Below are positions 19,472 through 29,134 of a DNA stretch of 49,904 nt, piece after piece. A program made the position numbers and the translations under genes. Each line of letters opens with the position of its first letter. Within the stretch, counting starts at the first letter, position 1. Under the pieces are notes generated by a model. It was not told the origin of the DNA and made no database searches. It was given only the letters and a program-made list of their open reading frames with translations. The stretch comes from Bacteroidales bacterium (GTDB lineage: Bacteria; Bacteroidota; Bacteroidia; Bacteroidales; VadinHA17), in the NCBI GenBank assembly GCA_038245405.1, contig JBBRSO010000006.1:1-49904 (forward strand), written 5' to 3'.

Positions 19472-20494
19472 ATGAAAAGCGGGTACAGATTGTTTATAAT
19501 ATTGCTGGTAACTTTAACCATTGCGTGTTCCTGTAAGAATAATCACTATAGGGTAAACACTTCTTCAATAAGGACAGACATAAAAATAAAGAGGCTTGAA
19601 AAAGATCTTTTCACTCTGAACCCTGAACAGGTTATTCCTGCAATACCCGATCTTAAAAAGAAATATGGCAAATTTCTTCAGCTTTTCAGTTACGTTATCA
19701 ATACCGGTGACATAAATGAATCATCATTTGGTGATTTTCTTTTGAGGTTCTGTTCCGATAAACAGAATAATGAAGTTTACATTCTTACGATGAAGAAATT
19801 TCCTGATGTGGCATTTATAGAAAAGGGATTAAACGATGCCTTTAAACATTATCTCTATTATTTCCCCGGGGCGATAGTTCCTGAAGTCAGCACTTGTATT
19901 ACAGGATTTAATAATAGCATAATTACAGGTGATTCTTTACTCGGGATTGGACTTGACAGATATCTGGGCTCTGATTGCGAATTTTATCCAAGATTGAATA
20001 TTGCCAAATATATTACCTTAAGGATGACTCCTGAAAATATTATTCCTGATTGCATTTATGGATGGGGAGTTTCTGAGTGGGATTTTTCTGCTCTTAAATA
20101 TCCTGCAGATAATCTGTTATCTGAAATGATTCATGAGGGAAAGCTTAGATATTTTGAAAAGTGTATGCTTCCTGAAACATCCGATGATATAATTTTCGGA
20201 TTTACTCCTAAGCAGATGAAGTTTTGTGAAGAAGCAGAATCTATGATGTGGCAGTATCTTATTGAAAATAACCTACTCTTCACCACCGACCAGTTCACTA
20301 TGCGCAAATTGACCGGTGAAGCGCCATTTACGTCTTATTTTACGAAAGCTTCACCGGGTAGAGCAGCTGTATGGCTCGGTTTTAGGATTGTTGAGTCGTA
20401 TATGATGAAAAACCCATCTGTAAAAATAGAGGATATGATTAAGAATACGGATGTTCAGGAAATATTAGGTAGCGCAAAATATAGTCCGCAATAA
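19472..20494 (+). CDS. GldB-like lipoprotein
   Basis: Lipoprotein signal (IACSC), IKRLEKDLF, IGLDRYLG, MIHEGK, EAPFT, SPGRAAVWLGFRIVESYM. Near nadE, as gldB often is in Bacteroidota. Confidence 0.8.
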   Translation: MKSGYRLFIILLVTLTIACSCKNNHYRVNTSSIRTDIKIKRLEKDLFTLNPEQVIPAIPDLKKKYGKFLQLFSYVINTGDINESSFGDFLLRFCSDKQNNEVYILTMKKFPDVAFIEKGLNDAFKHYLYYFPGAIVPEVSTCITGFNNSIITGDSLLGIGLDRYLGSDCEFYPRLNIAKYITLRMTPENIIPDCIYGWGVSEWDFSALKYPADNLLSEMIHEGKLRYFEKCMLPETSDDIIFGFTPKQMKFCEEAESMMWQYLIENNLLFTTDQFTMRKLTGEAPFTSYFTKASPGRAAVWLGFRIVESYMMKNPSVKIEDMIKNTDVQEILGSAKYSPQ

Positions 20495-20524
20495 AAAAAG
20501 GACACACCATGGCATGTCCTTTTT
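20495..20524. terminator. Bidirectional intrinsic terminator
   Basis: AAAAAGGACA-CACCATGGCA-TGTCCTTTTT between convergent gldB-like and ferredoxin genes. Confidence 0.75.
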
Positions 20525-20546
20525 CCCAATTCTTTAAATTGTAGTA

Positions 20547-20714
20547 CTAGGCAGGATGAATTGCCTCTACAGGGCAAACATCTGCACAAGCACCGCAGTC
20601 AGTGCAAACATCAGGATCAATTTTATATATGTCGCCTTCTGAAATTGCTTCAACAGGACATTCATCAATACATGTTCCGCAAGCAGTACAATCATCATTA
20701 ATTTTGTAAGCCAT
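20547..20714 (-). CDS. 2[4Fe-4S] clostridial-type ferredoxin (55 aa)
   Basis: Not in the ORF track. MAYKINDDCTACGTCIDECPVEAISEGDIYKIDPDVCTDCGACADVCPVEAIHPA has two CxxCxxCxxxCP motifs. -7 element TAATTTTG at 20755-20762 (-). Confidence 0.96.
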   Translation of the reverse strand: MAYKINDDCTACGTCIDECPVEAISEGDIYKIDPDVCTDCGACADVCPVEAIHPA

Positions 20715-20805
20715 TTCGATTTATTTTTTTTGATTAACTAATTACAATTTTGCACAAAATTACCTTTATTTTTCAATTTGAAAAATAAACATGATAAATT
20801 ATTTC

Positions 20806-20884
20806 ATTTCGTCCCGATAGCTATCGGGATCGGATTGTCGATTTCGGATTGATGGAAATCCGCAATACCAAATCCAAAATCCGC
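20806..20884. repeat. Head-to-head heptamer arrays interrupted by an 18-bp perfect palindrome
   Basis: ATTTCG[TCCCGATAGCTATCGGGA]TCGG ATTGTCG ATTTCGG ATT, then GATGGA, then AATCCGC AATACCA AATCCAA AATCCGC. Confidence 0.82.
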
Positions 20885-20895
20885 AGTCTTAGCGA

Positions 20896-22089
20896 TCACA
20901 ATGCAAGAAAATTGTAAATCAGCCAACTAAGGTTTGTAACACCTGTTTGCATTCCATCCTCATCGATATCAAAATCGGGGGTATGTAATTTCAGCATTTC
21001 AGTATTTTTTTTTCGTATTCCAACCCTGTAATAGAGAGAAGGCGCCAATGATGAATAGAATGAGAAATCATCTGAACTCATGCGCGTATCAAAGGTCTCT
21101 ATTTTTTCCTTTCCAAGAAGCGCCTCGCTAAAACCGATTGCCATGGCTGTAATTGTTTCATCGTTATGTAATACGGGGTATCCTTCTGCTATGTTCACAT
21201 CAATCTTGACACCAAACTCCCTGGCTGTTTCTTCTGAAACGGATCTGACAAGATTAAGCCCTTCGCTTCTCCATTGCTCATCAAAGGTTCTGAATGTTCC
21301 TGAGATGAAAACCTTCTCAGGTATTATATTTGTTGCTCCTTCACCGGAAATGCGGCCAATTCCGAGAACGGTAGGAATATTCTTAAGTTTTTGTTGTGCG
21401 AGCATTCTCTCCTTGAGACTGATAACAAGTTTTGAGGCGATATAAATCTGATCGGTTGTAAGCCCGGGAAGCGCTGCATGGCCTCCATTTCCAATCACAG
21501 TCAGATAAATCTCATCACATGATGCCATATATCTACCTGATTTATAGCCCACTTTGCCGGTTTCAAGTTCCGGAAGAACATGCTGAGAAATAACCAGATC
21601 GGGTTTAGGGTCATTTAATATTCCGGATTCAATGATTAGCCGGGCTCCCCCAGGTGATTTCTCCTCTCCGGGTTGAAATATCAGAAGAATGGTACCTGCA
21701 AACCGGTTGGTGATGCTATTTAGTAACTTAGCAGTTCCAAGAAGCATTGCTAAATGTGCATCATGACCGCATGCATGCATCTTCCCCGGGTTGTGGCTTG
21801 AATAGTCAGTTTTATTTCTCTCAGTGATTGGCAAAGCATCCAACTCAGCGCGTAATGCAATCACTTTTCCTTCTGATAACTTACCTTTAATGGTTCCGAT
21901 TATGCCGGTGCCTGCTATTCCTTTTTTGTACGAGATATTGTTTTTGTCGAGCCAGCCTGTGATGAACTGGGCTGTTTCGGTCTCTTCGTATGAGAGCTCA
22001 GGGTGTCTGTGAAAATGCCGGCGTAGCTGTATTACTTCTTCTTTAAGTTCACCAGATTTTTCAAGAATAAGTTCTTTGATTCCGGGCAT
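20896..22089 (-). CDS. M20D family amidohydrolase
   Basis: RRHFHRHPELSYEE, RAELDALPI, MHACGHDAH, FQPGEE, GGHAA and LHTPDF motifs. Confidence 0.93.
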   Translation of the reverse strand: MPGIKELILEKSGELKEEVIQLRRHFHRHPELSYEETETAQFITGWLDKNNISYKKGIAGTGIIGTIKGKLSEGKVIALRAELDALPITERNKTDYSSHNPGKMHACGHDAHLAMLLGTAKLLNSITNRFAGTILLIFQPGEEKSPGGARLIIESGILNDPKPDLVISQHVLPELETGKVGYKSGRYMASCDEIYLTVIGNGGHAALPGLTTDQIYIASKLVISLKERMLAQQKLKNIPTVLGIGRISGEGATNIIPEKVFISGTFRTFDEQWRSEGLNLVRSVSEETAREFGVKIDVNIAEGYPVLHNDETITAMAIGFSEALLGKEKIETFDTRMSSDDFSFYSSLAPSLYYRVGIRKKNTEMLKLHTPDFDIDEDGMQTGVTNLSWLIYNFLAL

Positions 22090-22110
22090 ATTAAAATGAT
22101 TTGTTTAAGA

Positions 22111-25100
22111 TTAGAAATCGAGACTAAACGATAAGTAGAATATCCTTGGAAGGACATAGCTGTTTTCAATTCCCCAGGCCCAGTCAGCTCTGATGAAATA
22201 GCCAAAGAGCTGCGCCCGAGCACCAAATCCAAAACCTGATACAATAGGGTCCTTGTTTGTTTCGAGGGAGACAGACACCGGGCCATTGGTTATGTCCTGA
22301 GTATCGTATCCGTTTACGCTCGCCCATGGTGATTTTCCCGACCAGGCTGAACCTATGTCACCAAATCCAATAACCTGAAGGCTGTTAAGGAAATTGGAAC
22401 GTAATGGATGACCTGCAAAATATCGTACGAATGGCCAGCGTATCTCGCTGTTTATCAGCGCAAAACTGTTTCCGTTCCGAACATTCTGTGTGAATCCTCT
22501 CAGGTTTGTTGCCAGGGCTTGAAATCCATAGTTTACATTCGGAGTAACTGAAATTGTATTATCGAACATCGGGTATTTATTAAACAAATATCCCATCCAG
22601 TTGTCTACACCACCCAGATAATACAACAGTTTTGTAGGACCAAAGGATGTACTGGCAGCAAATCTGTTTGCCCAAATAAGCTCACGATGTATCTTCGTAT
22701 ATTTCCTGAAATCAATACCAAGGACAACCATGTCAGATTTTTTCCGTATGATCTCCCTGTAATACTCGCCCCAGATTTTGAATCTGGTTCCATAATAAAT
22801 ATTGATTGATCTCTTACGTGTGTTGTCATATATTACCTCGCCCTTTAAACTTCCCCAGTTCCGCACAATACTTGCATAATTAAGTGATGGGATATCAACC
22901 GCGAGATAAACACGTCTGTCGTATCTGTACGAAACAGTCCCTTTAAGAGCCAGTACAGGTGAAATCGGCTTGGCAAGGGAAAAGTATAAATTTTGACTAT
23001 ATGTCTTAAAAGCCACAGAGTCGACACTTAAATACGTTTGGCGGTGATAGATCAATTGTTTATCAAAATGTCCTTTCAGATTCTCAATACTCAGCAAATA
23101 CTCATTACTGTCAAAGTTTCCTGCAAATCTGAACCCGCCGGTAATTCTGAAATCTTCGAACAGGTCCACTGTTCCGATCTTTGTAAGCAGGTTGATGCCC
23201 GGGTTAAAATATGGTGCGCCACCACTGTATACCTGATATGAGTTATTCAAAAATGTAAAGTCAATTTGTGTTGCAATGTAATTATTGTAAAAAGATGTCT
23301 CGTAAATTCTTATTAGCGGAAGACTTAACTGTCCTGTATCGAGGTCGATATCCATATATTTTTTGCGCCACAGCTGACTGTAATAATTTTGTTTTTCCTT
23401 TTCAAAAATGTAATGGTTTATGTCGATAGGCTCGTTTTTTATATAATATTCATAAAGAGGTTTTTTCAATGTATCCTGTATCTTTTTCTCCTCAGCGACC
23501 AGCCATTGCCTGAGCTGTTCAACACTATCAGCTTTATGAAAGTAAAGGTTTTTTTCTTTCCTTAGTTCTGTATTTACAAGATCAGACATTTTGATCGGAT
23601 CTGATTTTCTCAATTGCCCTTTCCTTAGAGAATATTTCCGGTCTTTGAATAAAATTTCACTATAAGTATCATTAGTTACAGAGTGGTTAATAATATTCCT
23701 GTCGTAATTAGTAACAGGTTGAGAATTAATATAATACCTGTAATGAGCTATTGTATCTATAAAACTTATTGAGCTATCAAATTTTGCTGTATACCTGTTA
23801 TAGATTCCGTTCTGATTGCCAAGGTATGTAAAGTTATCTTTTGAGATCTCTGCAGGTTGAAATCTATCGGTATATTTTCCCTCCGAAAGACGTACTAAGA
23901 CATTGCCTTTTTTTGCTATATCGTAAGTGAAAAGGTCAAAGTTTTCAGATACTTTTTCGAAAGGACTGGCAGTGTTGGTCAATGTATCAGACAAACGGTT
24001 GGATGTAAATATTATATGATCTGGTGATTGCTTCAGATATGAAGGGTTTAGATCATCCGCAATGTCGCGTGTTATTTGTTCATTTGTGCCTGATGCTATA
24101 GTATGTAAGTAGATATCAGTGATTCCATCTTTAACAGCAGAAAATACCAGTCTTGTTCCATCAGGAGAATAGGCAAAATCCAGAACCTTATCGAAGTACA
24201 GCAGCAGTCGTTTTTCTGCTTTTTTCTCACTGAGCCTGTAAGCATACATTTGAAGCTCTGACTTTTCATCGTTAATATATGTCAGGATCTTCCCGCTTGG
24301 ATGCCATGCAATAACAGGATATGTTTTATCTATTACCTGTTCAAATTTAGGCTCCCGTCTGAAAATTATTTTCCTTTTTCCTGTCGCCTGATTATAGAGC
24401 CAGATTCTTTTTCTTCCCCAATCGTTTGTTACATATGCAATGTAGTCCTTCCCCGGACTGACTTTCACCTGCTGATAGATCTGTTCTTTTTTTGATTTCA
24501 GGAATGTGTCTTTGTCATCCGGGCGGTCCTGGTCACCTGAGAATTCCCCGAGGTAATAGGTTTTCCAGTCTTTGAGAAGCGATTTCATTTTTTCTCCAAT
24601 TACATAGAGCATCCCATCATCTACGTTTTTATAGATTTTGGTCAGATAGATGATATTTGGAATGAGAGAGTTGCCATATTTCTTTCCGATGAATCTCCAG
24701 AATGACATACCAGCATCAATAGCGTCATCATATTCGAGATGGTTGATTTTTTTATATTTGCCCGATTTTAAACCATCCTTTACCCGGTTTTCTGCATCGT
24801 AATCCCAGTCTCCTGCAACATAATGGATAAGTCCTTTTATATACCAATCGGGCATAGGAATTATGGAGGAGCTTGATATTCTGTCTTTTATATCTGCATT
24901 GTATAACATTTCGTTGATTATCACTTCATTTATTGAAGCGGCAATCTGTCGTTTAAATGCCTCATGATCTCCTTCATAATAAAGCATCACTTTATTTTTG
25001 ATAATCCTGTTGAAGCCTCCTGTGTTATAGCTTTCTTCGTCGAATGTAACGAGACCAATATTTGACTGTCTGAATTCGGAGTTTTTGTTGAAAATGACAA

Positions 25101-25389
25101 AGATTATACGTTTTTCGAGGGTATAATCAAAAAAGTCTTCGGCTTCTGCAATTTTTTTTGTTGCATAGTCTGCTGTAAACTGTGCGAGATCCCTTCCGTA
25201 TTCATTGAAGTAACAATCGAAATCATCAAATCTGTAGAATTGCCAGTAGAAATTGTAGTACTGAACTTTGTTTTTCCCAAAAGGCATTTGAAGGCCATTA
25301 TAGAACTGACCATTTGCATTTAAACAATAAATGCTCACTATAAGAATGATAATCAGTCTTTTGATATCTTTTGCTTTCAAATTATTCAT
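22111..25389 (-). CDS. Large outer-membrane protein: N-terminal domain, PD40/TolB-like propeller and Omp85-like C-terminal barrel
   Basis: Signal peptide, FGKNKVQY, SPDGTRLVFS and IIFTSNR PD40 repeats, NLRGF..RNGNSFALINSEIRWP, FGDIGSAW, RADWAWG, C-terminal LSFSLDF beta-signal. Confidence 0.7.
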   Translation of the reverse strand: MNNLKAKDIKRLIIILIVSIYCLNANGQFYNGLQMPFGKNKVQYYNFYWQFYRFDDFDCYFNEYGRDLAQFTADYATKKIAEAEDFFDYTLEKRIIFVIFNKNSEFRQSNIGLVTFDEESYNTGGFNRIIKNKVMLYYEGDHEAFKRQIAASINEVIINEMLYNADIKDRISSSSIIPMPDWYIKGLIHYVAGDWDYDAENRVKDGLKSGKYKKINHLEYDDAIDAGMSFWRFIGKKYGNSLIPNIIYLTKIYKNVDDGMLYVIGEKMKSLLKDWKTYYLGEFSGDQDRPDDKDTFLKSKKEQIYQQVKVSPGKDYIAYVTNDWGRKRIWLYNQATGKRKIIFRREPKFEQVIDKTYPVIAWHPSGKILTYINDEKSELQMYAYRLSEKKAEKRLLLYFDKVLDFAYSPDGTRLVFSAVKDGITDIYLHTIASGTNEQITRDIADDLNPSYLKQSPDHIIFTSNRLSDTLTNTASPFEKVSENFDLFTYDIAKKGNVLVRLSEGKYTDRFQPAEISKDNFTYLGNQNGIYNRYTAKFDSSISFIDTIAHYRYYINSQPVTNYDRNIINHSVTNDTYSEILFKDRKYSLRKGQLRKSDPIKMSDLVNTELRKEKNLYFHKADSVEQLRQWLVAEEKKIQDTLKKPLYEYYIKNEPIDINHYIFEKEKQNYYSQLWRKKYMDIDLDTGQLSLPLIRIYETSFYNNYIATQIDFTFLNNSYQVYSGGAPYFNPGINLLTKIGTVDLFEDFRITGGFRFAGNFDSNEYLLSIENLKGHFDKQLIYHRQTYLSVDSVAFKTYSQNLYFSLAKPISPVLALKGTVSYRYDRRVYLAVDIPSLNYASIVRNWGSLKGEVIYDNTRKRSINIYYGTRFKIWGEYYREIIRKKSDMVVLGIDFRKYTKIHRELIWANRFAASTSFGPTKLLYYLGGVDNWMGYLFNKYPMFDNTISVTPNVNYGFQALATNLRGFTQNVRNGNSFALINSEIRWPFVRYFAGHPLRSNFLNSLQVIGFGDIGSAWSGKSPWASVNGYDTQDITNGPVSVSLETNKDPIVSGFGFGARAQLFGYFIRADWAWGIENSYVLPRIFYLSFSLDF

Positions 25390-25648
25390 AGGTTAGCCGG
25401 ATCTAACATAACAAAAATTATTCCACGGGATCCAGTCTAAACAACAAAACTAATGATATTCTGTTTTAAACTATCTAAAAATCTTAAACTTTATTATTTT
25501 TACAATGCTAAAAATTTAAATTTCCGGTTCGGTTTTTGCAACATTGATGCAACTAATACGTAAAGGGAACTGTCATATGAAAGAATTTATTCACCATTAG
25601 TTATTTTCCATGATTTTAAACGCTTCAAATTTTAAAATACCATTTGAT

Positions 25649-26755
25649 ATGAAAAAATTATTTATTGCTATTTTATTTCTGTTCATCGGAATTTCGGCGA
25701 AATCACAGGTAGCCACAACAAAAATGCAGGTTTCGGGTACTGAACATAATTTTGGAACATTTAAGGAGGAAGCTGGCAGACAAACTTTTGATTTTGTTAT
25801 AACCAATACTGGTTCAGAGCCACTTGTAATCCAGAATGTTGTCGCCTCTTGTGGCTGCACAACGCCTGACTGGACAAGACAACCCATACCCTCCGGGGCA
25901 AAGGGGAAGGTTACTGCAATCTATGATCCTAAAGACAGACCAGGTCAATTCAATAAAACGCTCTCCGTTTATACAAATACAAAACCTGAAGTAACAGTTC
26001 TTGTAATTAAAGGTGAAGTTATAGCTCATGAAAAAACGGTTGAAGAGCTTTTTACCTTTCCAGTAGGAGCAATCAGGTTTGAGAGCAATCACCTAGCATT
26101 CACCAATGTCAAGAAAACAGAAAAAAAAATGCGCGTTATGCAAGTGGTTAATACATCAACCAAACCTGTTAAGGTTGAATTTGATGCTGTTCCTGCTCAT
26201 CTTACGCTGAAAGCAAATCCTGAAACACTTAAACCCGGACAGAAAGGAATAATTGAAGGAACCTTTGACGCTACCAAAAACAGTGGATGGGGAAATGTCA
26301 GTGATATGATAAAAGTAAAACTGGACGGCGTGGTACAGGAAAACATTTATTTCTATGTGTCAGCAAACCTTGTTGAAGACTTTTCAGGACTATCGGCCTC
26401 AGAATTGGAGAAATCTCCGGTATTCAAAGTTGAAACAACTACCGTTGATCTTGGTAAAATAAAAGGATCAACCCAGAATGAAGTGGAATTCAAATTTAAA
26501 AATGAAGGAAAAAGCGATCTGATGATCAGATTCATAAGATCTACCTGCGGATGCACAGCAATTCAGCAGGGTAATCAGGGGATTGGAATTAAACCGGGAG
26601 AGGCAAGCTCAATAAAGGCTGTGTTCAACTCAGGAAGCTATAAAGGAAAGGTTACCAAAGCTATCTATGTATACACAAATGATCCCAAAAACTCCGAAGT
26701 TGTTCTGATGCTTACTGCAGATGTAGATCAGCCAGCTGCAGAGCCGGCAAAATGA
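25649..26755 (+). CDS. DUF1573 domain-containing secreted protein (Ig-like repeats)
   Basis: Signal peptide from MKKLFIA; NTGSEPLVIQNVVASCGCT and NEGKSDLMIRFIRSTCGCT DUF1573 signatures. Confidence 0.85.
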   Translation: MKKLFIAILFLFIGISAKSQVATTKMQVSGTEHNFGTFKEEAGRQTFDFVITNTGSEPLVIQNVVASCGCTTPDWTRQPIPSGAKGKVTAIYDPKDRPGQFNKTLSVYTNTKPEVTVLVIKGEVIAHEKTVEELFTFPVGAIRFESNHLAFTNVKKTEKKMRVMQVVNTSTKPVKVEFDAVPAHLTLKANPETLKPGQKGIIEGTFDATKNSGWGNVSDMIKVKLDGVVQENIYFYVSANLVEDFSGLSASELEKSPVFKVETTTVDLGKIKGSTQNEVEFKFKNEGKSDLMIRFIRSTCGCTAIQQGNQGIGIKPGEASSIKAVFNSGSYKGKVTKAIYVYTNDPKNSEVVLMLTADVDQPAAEPAK

Positions 26756-26781
26756 CCCGAGCTTAATTAAAAGTCTATAGC

Positions 26782-26820
26782 AAGGGTGTTGGATAGAATC
26801 TGACACCCTTTTGTTATTTT
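26782..26820 (+). terminator. Probable intrinsic terminator
   Basis: AAGGGTGTTGGAT-AGA-ATCTGACACCCTT stem (two G-U pairs) followed by TTGTTATTTT. Confidence 0.65.
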
Positions 26821-26838
26821 CGCAGTAACAAATGAAAA

Positions 26839-27933
26839 ATGGACAAAAGAAAAGAATTTAAAAGTGCTTTAACTGTAAATGCAGGGATCGGGCAACCGCC
26901 AATGGTTAACCCTGTAGTTCTTTCAAGATCGGGGAGGAAAAGAAGAAAAAAATATTCCATAGATGAATTTATTGAGGGTATTATCTCCGGAAACAGAACA
27001 ATTTTAAGTCAGGCCATTACTCTGGTTGAGAGTTCATTACCCGATCACTATGAAGCTTCACAAACCATAATTGAGAAGTGTCTGCCTTATAGTTCAAAAT
27101 CTGTAAGGATAGGTATTACCGGCGTTCCCGGGGCGGGGAAAAGCACCTTTATTGAAACATTAGGTTTGCATATTACCGGAGAAGGGCGAAAACTGGCCGT
27201 TCTTACAATTGATCCAAGCAGTGAACAAACAAAGGGAAGCATCCTTGGCGATAAAACAAGAATGGAAATGCTAAGCATTCATCCCAATGCATATATAAGA
27301 CCATCTCCCACAACAGGGACACTGGGAGGTGTGGCAAGGAAAACCAGAGAAACAATAGTTCTTTGTGAGGCAGCCGGGTTTGATACAATACTTGTTGAAA
27401 CAGTAGGTGTTGGTCAATCTGAGACGTCAGTTCATTCTATGGTAGATTTCTTCCTTCTTCTCATGCTGGCAGGAGCAGGTGATGAACTACAGGGGATTAA
27501 GAGAGGAATCATGGAGATGGCCGATCTTATAGCTATCACAAAAACTGACGGATCGAATAAGTTAATAGCTGAAAATGCCAGGGTGCTGTATCAGAATGCA
27601 CTACATTTCTTTCCCAAAAAGCCATCGGATTGGACCCCACAGGTTCACACCTGTTCTGCCCTTATGAATACAGGTATTAAAGAAGTATGGGAAATAATAA
27701 TGGAATATATCGATTTTACCAAAAAATCGGGTTACTTCGATTCATTCAGAAAGGAACAGGCAGTTGTCAGAATGCACAGTACTATTTTAGAATATCTGAA
27801 TAACTCGTTTTATAATCAGGAAGGTGTAAAGGAAATGGTATCTGAAGTTGAAAGCCAACTTCATGAAGGGACGATCACTTCATATAAGGCAGCATTGAAA
27901 CTGCTGAATAAATATTTCGACAGAATGCCATAA
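26839..27933 (+). CDS. meaB: Methylmalonyl-CoA mutase-associated GTPase
   Basis: GITGVPGAGKST, IDPSS, GSILGDKTRM, ETVGVGQSE and GDELQGIKRG motifs. Confidence 0.94.
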   Translation: MDKRKEFKSALTVNAGIGQPPMVNPVVLSRSGRKRRKKYSIDEFIEGIISGNRTILSQAITLVESSLPDHYEASQTIIEKCLPYSSKSVRIGITGVPGAGKSTFIETLGLHITGEGRKLAVLTIDPSSEQTKGSILGDKTRMEMLSIHPNAYIRPSPTTGTLGGVARKTRETIVLCEAAGFDTILVETVGVGQSETSVHSMVDFFLLLMLAGAGDELQGIKRGIMEMADLIAITKTDGSNKLIAENARVLYQNALHFFPKKPSDWTPQVHTCSALMNTGIKEVWEIIMEYIDFTKKSGYFDSFRKEQAVVRMHSTILEYLNNSFYNQEGVKEMVSEVESQLHEGTITSYKAALKLLNKYFDRMP

Positions 27934-28007
27934 TTATTTTATCTTTGTTACTACAATAGTTTGTAAGTTTCTATAAAAAAGCGTAATAAAAGCAAATTAA
28001 ACTCAAC

Positions 28008-29117
28008 ATGAAAAAATTTATATATTTAATTGCAGCAAGTGTAATCATTGCATCTTGCACCCCAAAAACACCGCATTATGTCGTAAAGGGTATGATCAAT
28101 GGCTCCGACAGTATCACTTTTTATCTTCAGAAAAGGGAAGCCGGAAAAGTCGTTTCATTTGATTCAGCAGTTTCTAAGAAAGGTAATTTCGTATTCAAGG
28201 GCGGAATGGTGAAACATCCTGAAATGGTTCAGCTTGTAGCCGGCAATACAAAGAAAAGAATACCATTCTTTCTGGAGAATTCTGAGATTACAATAAAAGG
28301 TAATCTTGATTCACTTTTTAATGCAAAAATTACAGGATCAAAAACACAATCAGAAAGCGATTCTTTAATCAGATCAATTAAGCCATTAACCGATAGTTAT
28401 TCAAAATTGATTGTTAAAAATCAAGAAGCAGGCAGAGCAGGTGATGCAGCAACCATTGCTACTTTTGACAAACAGATGGATTCGATTCAAAACGCCATAA
28501 CAGGACTTCGTTTAAACTTTATCAGGAACAAACCTTCCTCATTTGTAACGCCTCCTCTTCTTGTGAGTTTGAGTTATGAGATGGAAGCAGGTGAGATTAA
28601 ATCGATACTTGATGGTCTTGACACTGCACTTCTTGCACTTCCTGAGATCAAGTCGCTCAACGAAAGAGTAAAAGTGATGTTTAAGGTGGCTGTAGGCCAG
28701 AAAGCTCCCGATTTTACACTGAATGATGTAAATGGCAAACCGGTAGCTCTGTCTTCGAAGTTTGGACCGAAATTATTGCTTATCGATTTCTGGGCATCAT
28801 GGTGCGGCCCTTGCCGGAGAGAAAATCCGAATATAGTGAAAGTATACAACGAGTTTCATAAAAAAGGATTTGATATTTTTGCTGTTTCTCTCGACCGTGA
28901 GAAAGAAGACTGGATCAAAGCAATTAAAGATGATAAACTCAGCTGGACTCAGGTATCTGACCTTCAGTACTGGAATAGTGCGGCAGCAAAATTATATGCA
29001 GTGAATTCAATACCTGCTAACTTCCTGTTGGATGAAACGGGTACTATTATCGGAAAAAATCTGACTGGCGAAGATTTGTATAATAAACTAAATGAAACAC
29101 TTGGGGTGAAAAAATAA
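28008..29117 (+). CDS. TlpA/AhpC-TSA family thiol-disulfide oxidoreductase lipoprotein (DUF4369 N-terminus)
   Basis: Lipobox IASC; APDFTL, DFWASWCGPCRRENP. -7 element TATCTTTG at 27940-27947. Confidence 0.9.
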   Translation: MKKFIYLIAASVIIASCTPKTPHYVVKGMINGSDSITFYLQKREAGKVVSFDSAVSKKGNFVFKGGMVKHPEMVQLVAGNTKKRIPFFLENSEITIKGNLDSLFNAKITGSKTQSESDSLIRSIKPLTDSYSKLIVKNQEAGRAGDAATIATFDKQMDSIQNAITGLRLNFIRNKPSSFVTPPLLVSLSYEMEAGEIKSILDGLDTALLALPEIKSLNERVKVMFKVAVGQKAPDFTLNDVNGKPVALSSKFGPKLLLIDFWASWCGPCRRENPNIVKVYNEFHKKGFDIFAVSLDREKEDWIKAIKDDKLSWTQVSDLQYWNSAAAKLYAVNSIPANFLLDETGTIIGKNLTGEDLYNKLNETLGVKK

Positions 29118-29134
29118 CCGTCAAGACTATGGAT

